From Polyangiaceae bacterium (GTDB lineage: Bacteria; Myxococcota_A; Polyangia; Polyangiales; Polyangiaceae), in assembly GCA_044222475.1 (NCBI GenBank), contig JBGANF010000036.1, positions 1-64,000 on the forward strand: 64,000 nucleotides of DNA. The letters are read 5' to 3'. Positions 55,863 through 64,000 of the stretch are shown here, piece by piece. Position 1 is the first letter of the stretch; every line of letters begins with the position of its first letter. The notes under the pieces were generated by a model, which had not been told where the DNA came from, ran no database searches, and saw only the letters and a list, made by a program, of their open reading frames with translations. Position numbers and translations under genes: made by a program.

Positions 55863-56871
55863 GGTGTGGTTCGCCTTCGTCGTCTTCGCGCTCGGGGCCT
55901 ACGCCGTGCTCGACGGCTTCGATCTCGGCTCTGGAGCGATTCACCTGTACGTCGCGCGAACCGAAGAGGAGCGCGGCCGCGTGCTCCGATCGATTGGCCC
56001 ATTTTGGGACGGCAACGAGGTGTGGCTCCTCGCCGCCGGCGGGACGCTGTTCCTCGCGTTCCCCCACGCGCTCGGCGTCGCGTTCTCGGGGTTCTACCTG
56101 GCTCTGTTCCTGGTGCTCTGGGCGCTCATGCTCCGCGGGATCTCGATCGAGCTGCGGAGTCACGTCGAGTCGCCGCTGTGGCGCTCGTTCTGGGACGTCG
56201 TCTTCTTCGTCTCGAGCAGCGCGCTGGCGGTGCTGTTCGGGATCGCGCTCGGCAACGTGCTGCGAGGGGTGCCGCTCGGCGAGAACGACTACTTCACGCT
56301 CCCGCTGTTCGCGAGCGGCGAGGCGCGCGTCGGCCTCGTCGACGGTTACACGCTGCTCGTCGGGCTCACCACCCTCGCCGTTCTCGCGGCCCACGGCGCG
56401 CACTTCCTCGTCTGGAAGAACGACGGGGACGTGCGCGCGCGTGCTCGCTCGATCGGTACGTTCCTCCAGCCGACGTCGATCGTGCTCGTGAGCGCGACGC
56501 TGGTGGCGACGGCGAAGGTCGGGCGGCTCTACCCGCAGAACGCCGCGCTCGCGATCTCGTTCGCCTCTGCGGTCTCGGTCGCGCTGTCGGTCGCCTTCGC
56601 GCGGGGCGGGCGCGAGCGCGACGCGTTCCTCGCGTCGTCGAGCTTCATCTTCTGCGCCCTCGCGGCGATCGGCGTCGCGCGCTTCCCGGTGCTCCTCCCG
56701 TCGGTGGACGGGAAGCACGCGATCGACGCGTACGACGCGGCGTCAGGCCGCGACGCGATGGGCGCCGCCGTGCCGTGGTACGCCGTCGCCCTCGTGTTGG
56801 TGTTCCTCTACTTCGCGAACCTGTTCCGCGTGCACCGCGGGAAGGTGCAGGCCGAGCCTACAGCCCCATGA
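55855..56871 (+). CDS. cydB: cytochrome bd ubiquinol oxidase subunit II
   Basis: YAVLDGFDLGSG, IGPFWDGNEVWL..GG.LF.AFP, LRGISIELRS. Confidence 0.95.
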   Translation: MPEVWFAFVVFALGAYAVLDGFDLGSGAIHLYVARTEEERGRVLRSIGPFWDGNEVWLLAAGGTLFLAFPHALGVAFSGFYLALFLVLWALMLRGISIELRSHVESPLWRSFWDVVFFVSSSALAVLFGIALGNVLRGVPLGENDYFTLPLFASGEARVGLVDGYTLLVGLTTLAVLAAHGAHFLVWKNDGDVRARARSIGTFLQPTSIVLVSATLVATAKVGRLYPQNAALAISFASAVSVALSVAFARGGRERDAFLASSSFIFCALAAIGVARFPVLLPSVDGKHAIDAYDAASGRDAMGAAVPWYAVALVLVFLYFANLFRVHRGKVQAEPTAP

Positions 56872-58027
56872 GCTTCGCGACGTAGTAGCGCATCGTCTCG
56901 GTCGTGCCGCCGCCGATGCGGAACAGGCGCGCGTCGCGCCAGGCGCGAGCGATGTGGTACTCCTCGATGTAGCCCGCGCCGCCGAAGAACTGCAGGCACT
57001 GGTCGGCGATCTCGCCGGTGACGTCGCCGACGAAGCACTTCGCGAGCGAGATGGTCTTCACCGTGTCCATCGAGATCTGACCGCGGTTCACGTGGTGGTC
57101 ATCGTTGTACTCGGTCGCGCCTTTGTACGAGAGCGCCTTGCCGGCCTCGAGCTTGGCGGTGAGGTCGACGAACTTGTGCTGCCAGTACTCGCGCTTGATG
57201 ATCGGCTTGCCGAACGCCATGCGGTCGCGGCCGAAGGCGATGGCCTCGTCGATCATGTAGCTCGCGCCGGCGCACGCGCTGGTGCAGGCGATGATGCGCT
57301 CGCTCTGGAAGTTCTGCATGAGGTACATGAACCCCATGTTCTCTTCGCCGAGCATGTACCGCTTGGGGATGCGCATGTCCTCGAAGGCGAGCTCGGCGGT
57401 GTCGCTCGAGTGGTTGCCGATCTTCTTCAGCTTCTTGGCGACGCTGAAGCCCTTGGTCTTCGTCGGGACGAGGAAGAAGGTGCAGCCGCGGGCGCCGGCC
57501 TCGGGGTTGGTCTTCACGAGCAGCGTGACGAAGTCCGCGCGGCAGCCGTTGGTGATGTACGTCTTCGCGCCGTTGATGACGTAGTCGTCGCCGTCCTTCT
57601 TGGCCCAGGTCTGGATGCCGGCGACGTCGCTGCCGGCGTTCGGCTCGCTGACGCCGAGCGCGGCGATCTTCTCGCCGCGGAGAGCGGGCTTCAGGAACTC
57701 GTCGATCTGCTCCTTCGTGCCGATGTCGCCGATGACGGGGGTCGCCATGTCGGCCTGGACCAGGAGGCCCATGGCGACGCCGGCCATCTTGCCTCGCGGG
57801 AGCTCTTCGCTCTTGGCGACCGAGAACCAGAAGTCACCGCCCGCGCCGCCGACCTCTTCCGGGTAGTGGGCGCCCAAGATGCCGAGCTCGCCGGCGCGCT
57901 TGAACACTTCGTTCGGAAAAATCTCGGCCTTTTCCCACTCGTCGACGAAGGGGGCGAGCTCCTTCTCGGCGAACTGGCGGACGGTCTTGCGAAACTGCTG
58001 GTGCTCCTCGCGGAACGGGGTTGCCAT
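56858..58027 (-). CDS. acyl-CoA dehydrogenase
   Basis: GVSEPNAGSDV, GAKTYITNG, SDTAELAFED, QFFGGAGY, RIGGGTTE. Confidence 0.95.
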   Translation of the reverse strand: MATPFREEHQQFRKTVRQFAEKELAPFVDEWEKAEIFPNEVFKRAGELGILGAHYPEEVGGAGGDFWFSVAKSEELPRGKMAGVAMGLLVQADMATPVIGDIGTKEQIDEFLKPALRGEKIAALGVSEPNAGSDVAGIQTWAKKDGDDYVINGAKTYITNGCRADFVTLLVKTNPEAGARGCTFFLVPTKTKGFSVAKKLKKIGNHSSDTAELAFEDMRIPKRYMLGEENMGFMYLMQNFQSERIIACTSACAGASYMIDEAIAFGRDRMAFGKPIIKREYWQHKFVDLTAKLEAGKALSYKGATEYNDDHHVNRGQISMDTVKTISLAKCFVGDVTGEIADQCLQFFGGAGYIEEYHIARAWRDARLFRIGGGTTETMRYYVAKLMGL

Positions 58028-58057
58028 GGTCGGACTCCTCGGGGCGGATTGTTTGGT

Positions 58058-58089
58058 CCGCGAAAGTTTTGTACACGAAACTTCCGCGG
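58058..58089. promoter_or_regulatory. 32-nt near-palindrome upstream of acyl-CoA dehydrogenase
   Basis: ccgcgaaagttttgtacacgaaacttccgcgg. Confidence 0.4.
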
Positions 58090-58170
58090 CCGCAAGGGTC
58101 GGACCGTGATCATGCTAACGATCCCCCCAAAAATGAGGGATCTCGGGAGCTTCCCCGGCGGGGCGCCCCC

Positions 58171-58815
58171 TCAGCGGCGACGCTTCTTCGCCGCCGTCTT
58201 CTTCTTCGCCGGCTTCTTCGCGGGCTTCTTCGCCAGCTTCTTCGCGGGCTTCTTCGCCTTTTTGGGCTTCGCCGCCGCCTTCGCCGGGCCCTTGGCTTTA
58301 GCGGCCTTCTTGGGCGCGGCCTTGGCCTTCGCGGCCTTTTTCTTGGGCGCGGCCTTGGCCTTCGGCGTGGCCTTCTTCGGGCCCGGGTGCGCCATTCCTG
58401 CCACGCCGTTCGCGCCGCGCTTCCGCGCCCGCACGTTGATCGCTTCCGTGAGCTTGGCGTCGAGCTCCGCGAACTCGAACGGCTTGTCCATGTACGCGTC
58501 CGCGTCGTAGAGCGGGCTCGTCATGCTGTTCACCACGTTGCCGATGCCGGTGAGCATCAGCACGCCGGTCGACGCGAGACCCGGCTCTTCGCGGATCGTT
58601 CGACAGACTTCCCATCCGCTGGTCTGCGGCATCATCACGTCGAGGACGACGACATCCGGCCGGTGGCGCCGCGCCAACGAAAGCGCCTGCTCGCCGTCTT
58701 CGGCCACGAGCACGTCGTAGCCGACCGACTGCAGATGCTCGCTCACCACCTCGCGCATCGAGGAGTCGTCGTCGGCGACGAGCACCAGGCGCTTCTTGTC
58801 GTTCGTCATGGGCAC
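58171..58815 (-). CDS. response regulator receiver with Lys/Ala/Pro-rich histone-like tail
   Basis: VADDD, LDVMMP, LT, DKPF; tail KKATPKAKAAPKKK...KKRRR. Confidence 0.9.
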   Translation of the reverse strand: MPMTNDKKRLVLVADDDSSMREVVSEHLQSVGYDVLVAEDGEQALSLARRHRPDVVVLDVMMPQTSGWEVCRTIREEPGLASTGVLMLTGIGNVVNSMTSPLYDADAYMDKPFEFAELDAKLTEAINVRARKRGANGVAGMAHPGPKKATPKAKAAPKKKAAKAKAAPKKAAKAKGPAKAAAKPKKAKKPAKKLAKKPAKKPAKKKTAAKKRRR

Positions 58816-58895
58816 CCATCTTCGGGTGCCAATGCACCCTGGGTCAAGCCGAGTCTGCTTGTTCTTTGGCCGGATTCGCGCTTAGGTTCGCGCCG

Positions 58896-59522
58896 ATGCG
58901 CCTCGCCCGACCCTCGAGCCACCTCCGCACGCACCAACGGCGGCGGGGCTCCGCCGTTGCGGCGATCGGGTTCGTGGCGCTCGCTGGCGTGCTCGTCGCG
59001 TGCGCCCAAACGGGCAAACCGCCGGTCGCTCGCCTGCCCATCCCGGAGGCCGAACGCGGGGACGCGATCTGCGGCTTCGGCTGGAAATGGGACGGCAAGC
59101 GCTGCATCCGCTCCGAAGAGCAGACCGGCGCGTCCACTGCGAAGGGTCCGACGACCGCGTCCCCGTCGGCGACCGCCGGCTCGACGACGACCAGCGCGGG
59201 TGGCCTCCAGGTCACCGAGGTCAAGATCGGCAGCGGCGCCGAAGCCCACATCGGCGACACGATACGTGTACATTACACAGGTTCGCTCCCCAACGGGACC
59301 GTCTTCGACAGCTCGCGCCCCCGCGGTGAGCCGCTCGAGTTCCGAATCGGCAGCGGCCAGGTCATCCGTGGGTTCGATCGCGGCGTGACGGGGATGCGCG
59401 TCGGCGGCATTCGCAAGGTCGTCATCCCGCCGGACCTCGGCTACGGCAAGCGCGGCTCGCCTCCGGTCATCCCGCCGAACGCCACGCTCGTGTTCGAGCT
59501 CGAGCTCGTCGAAATTCGTTAG
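58896..59522 (+). CDS. FKBP-type peptidyl-prolyl isomerase lipoprotein
   Basis: LVAC lipobox; VHYTGSLPNGTVFDSS..VIRGFD..IPPDLGYG..IPPNATLVFELEL; start uncertain. Confidence 0.9.
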   Translation: MRLARPSSHLRTHQRRRGSAVAAIGFVALAGVLVACAQTGKPPVARLPIPEAERGDAICGFGWKWDGKRCIRSEEQTGASTAKGPTTASPSATAGSTTTSAGGLQVTEVKIGSGAEAHIGDTIRVHYTGSLPNGTVFDSSRPRGEPLEFRIGSGQVIRGFDRGVTGMRVGGIRKVVIPPDLGYGKRGSPPVIPPNATLVFELELVEIR

Positions 59523-59572
59523 CCTCCTGCAAGGCGCCGACGCCGAGCGTCGTTACCAAGGGGAACCACCGA

Positions 59573-60136
59573 ATGAAGAAGCGCATCTCGTCGATTGCCG
59601 TCCTCGCCGTCGTCGCGCTCGCCGTCGCATGCCGCGGGACGTCCGCGCACTTCCCGGAGCGCCACCGCGACGTCGCGAGCGCGTGTCCGTCGACCCCGCG
59701 GGCTCCGGGATACAACAACCCCAACCTCGACGCGGGGAAGGGCTACTCCGGGCAGTGCGAGCGCGACACGGACTGCGTCGCGGGAAGGAACGGACGCTGC
59801 AGCTTCCCCGGACACGCGCAATCGATGTGCAGCTACGACCAGTGCATGGCCGACGCCGACTGCGGCGCGGGCAAGGTGTGCGACTGCAGGGACGGGCACA
59901 CGTGTCTCCCCGCGAACTGTCACACCGACGCCGACTGCGGCGGCCTGGGTTGCTCGCCGACGAACGCCACCTCGTGCGGCAACATGGGCGGCACCGTGGG
60001 CTACTACTGCCACACCAAGAAGGACGACTGCATCGACGACGGCGACTGCAAGAAGAAGGGCACCGAGAGCGGCATGTGCGTGTACGAGCCCGCGGCTTCG
60101 CGGTGGACCTGCAACTACGACCGGTGTGTCGGATGA
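59573..60136 (+). CDS. Cys-rich lipoprotein (paralog 1)
   Basis: AVAC lipobox; repeated C..D.DC motifs; GYYCHTKKD. Confidence 0.8.
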   Translation: MKKRISSIAVLAVVALAVACRGTSAHFPERHRDVASACPSTPRAPGYNNPNLDAGKGYSGQCERDTDCVAGRNGRCSFPGHAQSMCSYDQCMADADCGAGKVCDCRDGHTCLPANCHTDADCGGLGCSPTNATSCGNMGGTVGYYCHTKKDDCIDDGDCKKKGTESGMCVYEPAASRWTCNYDRCVG

Positions 60137-60693
60137 TGCGTCGCCACGTCGTCCCCGCGGTCGCCATCGGTCTCGTCGCCGTCGTCGCCGCGTGCCACGG
60201 CAAGGCGGAGTTCCCTTCCCAGCACCGCGACGCTCCGCAAGCGTGCCCGGTCGACCCGCGCTTCGCCGACGCCGGCGCATTCGTCGCGAGCGGAAGCCCG
60301 ACTGCGGACCAGTCGTGCTCGCGTGACGAGGAGTGCACGCAAGGCACTCATCCTCGCTGCGTCTCGCACGGGCACCAGGCTTCGCGCTGCTCGGCCGACG
60401 CGTGCATGACCGACGGCGATTGCGCCGCGGGCACGGCCTGCGCCTGCGACCGCGACGGCAACCGCTGCGTCCCTGCGAACTGCCGCACGGACGCCGACTG
60501 CGGCGGCCTCGGATGCTCGCCGACCGAAGCGCGGAGCTGCAACGCGTACGGCGGCATCATCGGTTACTACTGCCACACGAAGAAGGATTCGTGCACCGAC
60601 AGCAACGACTGCAGCGGCCCGACGAGCAACTGCGAGTACGAGCCCGAGGCCGGCCGATGGGTCTGCGTCGACCACGGCACCTGCGTCGGGTGA
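60133..60693 (+). CDS. Cys-rich lipoprotein (paralog 2)
   Basis: ATG overlaps the upstream stop; VAAC lipobox; same Cys skeleton as paralog 1. Confidence 0.8.
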   Translation: MMRRHVVPAVAIGLVAVVAACHGKAEFPSQHRDAPQACPVDPRFADAGAFVASGSPTADQSCSRDEECTQGTHPRCVSHGHQASRCSADACMTDGDCAAGTACACDRDGNRCVPANCRTDADCGGLGCSPTEARSCNAYGGIIGYYCHTKKDSCTDSNDCSGPTSNCEYEPEAGRWVCVDHGTCVG

Positions 60694-60700
60694 GCGAAGG

Positions 60701-61969
60701 ATGCGTCGCGCCCTCGCGCTGCTCCTCGTCACCGCGTGCGCGGCCGCGCCTGGTGGCGTGCAGCGTCCCGTGACGTCGCCGACGGCGAGCCCCGCCGAGC
60801 GCTACCTCGGAGACAAGGCGGCGCGGAGGCACGCGCTCGAAGACGAGCTCGTGAACCCCGCGAACGGATACTCGCGGCTTCGCCTCGACCACTACGCGAC
60901 CGGCAAGAGCGGCGACTGGGACGATCTCCCGGAGTACAACCCGAAAGCCGCGCCGTGGAGCACGCCGCAAGAGCCGCTCGCGCCGCTCCCGATCTCGGCG
61001 GCCGCAAAGGCCGGCGATCCCGAGGCGCTGCGCGCGCTCGGCGAAGCCGCCTTCGATCGGTATCCGGTGCAGACGGCGGTCGCCGCCGAGCGCGTCGTCA
61101 CCGACGTCGACGCCGCGAGGCGCTTCGGCTTCTGGGTCGACGGCGGTCGCGTCGGCGGCCTCCTTCGGGTCGAGACGCCCGATGGCGTCGCGCACCTCGC
61201 GTACTCGTGCGCGACGTGCCACTCCGGCGTGCGTAACGGAAAGCTCGTGCGCGGCGTTCCGAGCGACACGCTCGACATCGGCGCGATGACCGTCCACGGG
61301 TTCCGCGTCAAGAACGAGGACGCGCTCCTCGCGTGGGGCCCCGGCCGCGTCGACGTGACGACCGATCGCGGCACCGAGCCGGTCCGCATCCCCGACCTCC
61401 GCGCGATCCGCGACCTCGGGTACCTCCATCACACCGCGAGCGTCGTCCAGCGGGACGTGGTGTCGCTCGCGATCCGCGTCGAGACGCTCACGATCACGTC
61501 GAACAGCCAGGCGATCCGCCCACCGCGCGAGGTCGCGCTAGGGCTCGCGGTCTACTTGTGGTCGCTCGAAGCGACTGTCCCAAAAAGGGACGCGGTCACC
61601 GATGCCGAGAAGCACGGCGCCGCCCTCTTCACGACCCACTGCGCGAGCTGTCACGCACCGCCGAGCTACGCGGGCAACCCGGTGCCCCTCGCCGAGATCG
61701 GCACCGACGCGCACCTCGGGGAGTCGGTCGATCGCGGCACGGGCACCTACCGGGTGCCCACGCTGCGCGGAGTCGGGACGCGTGGCCCACTGTTGCATGA
61801 TGCAAGCATTTCGAGCGTGAGCGACCTGCTCGATCCCGCGCGTCTCGAGCCCGGGTGGCGCGGGCGCCGGCCTGGATCGGGCGCTGGACCGGTGGTGGGC
61901 CACCGGTACGGGCTCGACCTGACGCGGGAAGAGCGCACCGACCTCGGAGCGTTCTTGCAGACACTATGA
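60701..61969 (+). CDS. di-heme c-type cytochrome lipoprotein (CCP/RoxA-related C-terminal motifs)
   Basis: SCATCH and CASCH; YRVPTLRGV..GPLLHDAS; GHRYGLDL. Confidence 0.75.
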   Translation: MRRALALLLVTACAAAPGGVQRPVTSPTASPAERYLGDKAARRHALEDELVNPANGYSRLRLDHYATGKSGDWDDLPEYNPKAAPWSTPQEPLAPLPISAAAKAGDPEALRALGEAAFDRYPVQTAVAAERVVTDVDAARRFGFWVDGGRVGGLLRVETPDGVAHLAYSCATCHSGVRNGKLVRGVPSDTLDIGAMTVHGFRVKNEDALLAWGPGRVDVTTDRGTEPVRIPDLRAIRDLGYLHHTASVVQRDVVSLAIRVETLTITSNSQAIRPPREVALGLAVYLWSLEATVPKRDAVTDAEKHGAALFTTHCASCHAPPSYAGNPVPLAEIGTDAHLGESVDRGTGTYRVPTLRGVGTRGPLLHDASISSVSDLLDPARLEPGWRGRRPGSGAGPVVGHRYGLDLTREERTDLGAFLQTL

Positions 61970-63042
61970 AACGCCGCGCTCTCGCTCTCGTCCCTCTCGC
62001 TCTCGTGCTCGGCTGCGGTCGCACGCCATCGACGCCGCCGTCGAACCAGACCGCGTGGACGGCGCCGACCGCAGAGGCCAGCGCGACGAACGCGGGCACC
62101 GGCGGCGCACCCGCCACGCCCGCCTTGCTCGACAAGCTCCCGCGTCCGCCCGCCGTCGCGGCCTCGCCGATCAAGGTCGTCGGCTATCCGAAGAGCGTCG
62201 CGACCGGGATGAACGACCCCGCAGCGTGGGTCGGCTTCACGAACGACGGCTCGGAGTACGGCTACTGCGCCGAGCTCGGCGCGCGGGACCCTTCGTCGAC
62301 GACCTGCGAGACGGTCTTGCGCGACGGGTCGACCAAGATCCGCTCGAGCGACGACGCCAAGCACGACTACTCGCCGGCGCTGATGAAGGAGCTCTCGGCG
62401 TGGCGCACCTCGTCCGGGCTCACCAAGCTCCGCTTCGACGGCTACTGGGAGACGTGGCTCGCGAAGCCCATCAAGGCCGACTGGCGCTTCGGCGACGTGA
62501 CGATCTGGGCGAACCCGGTCGGCGGCGACGGGGTCAAGATCAACGCCGTGGTGAAGATCGGCGGCGCGGTCGACGGCGAGGCTCCCGTGTACCCGGTGAT
62601 CCTCGAGCCGAAGGCGCGGGGCACCGGCCTCGCGTACCACACGTCGTGGGTCAACGACCTCTCGATCTCTCCCGATGGCACGGAGATCGGCGCGGTCGGA
62701 GGCTTCTTCTGCATGGAGTGGTGCGACGATTTCGTCGTGTACCGAAATGGTACGGGTGCGTTCGCGTCGCTCGTCTACAACGACACCGGGTTCCGGCATC
62801 ACAAGAAGGCCGAGTGGGCCCGCGCGGCGGAGCTGTTCCTGAAGGCGACTTGGGCGGACCCGAAGGCGAAGCTCCCGCCCTACAACTTGGCGTGCGCGTG
62901 GGCGCGCCTGAACGACGAGCGCGCCAAGGACGCGCTGGCGGTCGCGATCGAGCGGGATCCCTCGGCGAAGGCGCGGGCGGTGACCGATGCGGACTTCGCG
63001 TCGGTCAAGGGAGCGCCCTGGTTTCACTCGCTCACGGATTGA
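61966..63042 (+). CDS. lipoprotein with C-terminal TPR
   Basis: LGC lipobox; YNLACAWA..A...L..AI..DP.....A..D.DF. Confidence 0.8.
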   Translation: MKRRALALVPLALVLGCGRTPSTPPSNQTAWTAPTAEASATNAGTGGAPATPALLDKLPRPPAVAASPIKVVGYPKSVATGMNDPAAWVGFTNDGSEYGYCAELGARDPSSTTCETVLRDGSTKIRSSDDAKHDYSPALMKELSAWRTSSGLTKLRFDGYWETWLAKPIKADWRFGDVTIWANPVGGDGVKINAVVKIGGAVDGEAPVYPVILEPKARGTGLAYHTSWVNDLSISPDGTEIGAVGGFFCMEWCDDFVVYRNGTGAFASLVYNDTGFRHHKKAEWARAAELFLKATWADPKAKLPPYNLACAWARLNDERAKDALAVAIERDPSAKARAVTDADFASVKGAPWFHSLTD

Positions 63043-63076
63043 GGAGAGAACCGCCAGGGCGCCAGGGCGCCAGGGA
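63043..63076. repeat. single arm of the REP/MITE-like repeat
   Basis: ggagagaaccgccagggcgccagggcgccaggga; same GAGAACCGC head and 9-nt periodicity as 13534-13660. Confidence 0.55.
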
Positions 63077-63865
63077 TCAAAAGCACTGAAGGAGGTGGCG
63101 CGCTTGGTCGAATCGACCTGCCTTCAGGTCGGCCTCGCGGATGAAGACGTAGAGCCGACCCGCGTCCCCCCAGGTGAAGAGAACGTCGTCGGAGTCGATC
63201 TGCCAGAGCAGCCGCCACTCCTTCGAGCGCTTCAAGGTGCCGACGACGTCGACGCCTTTCGCTTCCGCGGCCTCGAGCCCGGCGAGCTTCATCGGCAGCT
63301 TCGCCGCCGCCAGCTGGAGGAACGGGCGCTCGTCGCTCTGAATCCAATCCGGGTCTCCGCCGACGTGGTGCCCCGCGTCCGACGCTGGCTTCTTCTCGAA
63401 GGCCGCGTCGAGCACGCGGAGCGGGATCGGATCCTCTTCGTCGTCGTCCTCGCGGAGCTCGGCGGTCTCGGGGTCGGGCGTGTAGATCGTCGCGAACGAG
63501 CGCTCGTCGCCGACCTCGAGGCCGCACGGTTGACGCTCCACGTCGTAGAACACGGAGAGGATGCCCTCTCGTGGGAGCGCCAACCCTCCACGGTGCGCCT
63601 TCTGCAGCTGCGCGAAGTCGAGCTGGCCGACGAAGGTCAGCGGCCCTCGACGACCTTTGGGCCAACGAGTCTTCCCGTCGAGGAGTGGTGCGCCGCCGTA
63701 TCGCGTGACTCGCGCGGTATCCTCTCCGCGGCGCGGCTTGCGCGGTTCGAGCACGAGCCGCGGCAATCCCTGAGGCTTCGGGCAGAACGCACCCAGCGAA
63801 AGGATGTCGATCTTCTGCTTGGTGAACGGGTTGACGCCGATCTTGGCGTAGTCACCGATCGGCAC
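63077..63865 (-). CDS. YwqG/DUF1963 family protein
   Basis: RYGGAP..WP..PLTFVGQLD..LP..G.L..FYD; H.VGGDP.WIQ; WRLLWQIDSD...WGDAGRLY.FI. Confidence 0.88.
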   Translation of the reverse strand: MPIGDYAKIGVNPFTKQKIDILSLGAFCPKPQGLPRLVLEPRKPRRGEDTARVTRYGGAPLLDGKTRWPKGRRGPLTFVGQLDFAQLQKAHRGGLALPREGILSVFYDVERQPCGLEVGDERSFATIYTPDPETAELREDDDEEDPIPLRVLDAAFEKKPASDAGHHVGGDPDWIQSDERPFLQLAAAKLPMKLAGLEAAEAKGVDVVGTLKRSKEWRLLWQIDSDDVLFTWGDAGRLYVFIREADLKAGRFDQARHLLQCF

Positions 63866-63869
63866 CCGA

Positions 63870-64000
63870 CTACTCGTCTCGGAACTTCGAGTCGACCATC
63901 GCCGTCGTCTCGACCAGCTCTCGCGACGAGTTCACGTACTTGATCATCGTCGGCATGTGACCCTTCGTGAGCTTGAGCTTGTTTTGCATCATGCCCTTGA
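63870..64000 (-). CDS. C-terminus of a probable SCP2 sterol-binding-domain protein (partial)
   Basis: KGMMQNKLKLTKGHMPTMIKYV... resembles the SCP2 'M.GKLK..G.M' motif. Confidence 0.55.
   Translation of the reverse strand, partial: KGMMQNKLKLTKGHMPTMIKYVNSSRELVETTAMVDSKFRDE

Noticed and set aside
59200..59522. Recent duplication of the FKBP domain at 8535-8860
   Set aside because: The similarity is at ordinary family-motif level, with many differences.

Overview
64 kb of high-GC, gene-dense chromosome. The gene content points to Myxococcota, probably Polyangiales (inference): TPR-PEGA proteins, a Hanks kinase, an FHA protein, Cys-rich lipoproteins, an AgmX/GltJ-like protein, a TSP3-OmpA protein and an MCP-less che cluster. 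Recognisable genes include manC, scpA/scpB, a di-heme peroxidase, pmbA/tldE, cheY-cheA-cheW-cheW-HEAT-cheR-cheB, a CinA-like protein, hsp20, cydAB, an acyl-CoA dehydrogenase and FKBPs. I saw no rRNA, CRISPR array, transposase or prophage. Strongest leads: (1) two genes apparently derived from respiratory complex I membrane subunits that carry extracytoplasmic domains. One is a NuoL-NuoM fusion with PEGA-like and Ig-like inserts that has lost key charged residues and ends a tightly coupled 7-gene run. The other is a lipoprotein-IPT-PDZ-NuoH fusion. No other nuo genes are in the window. (2) An ~80-nt tRNA-like element upstream of scpAB with a canonical T arm, a 9-bp acceptor-like stem and CCA, but no canonical anticodon loop. 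(3) REP/MITE-like repeats that coincide with local G/C skew changes. All family calls are from motif recognition by eye; no database searches were run.
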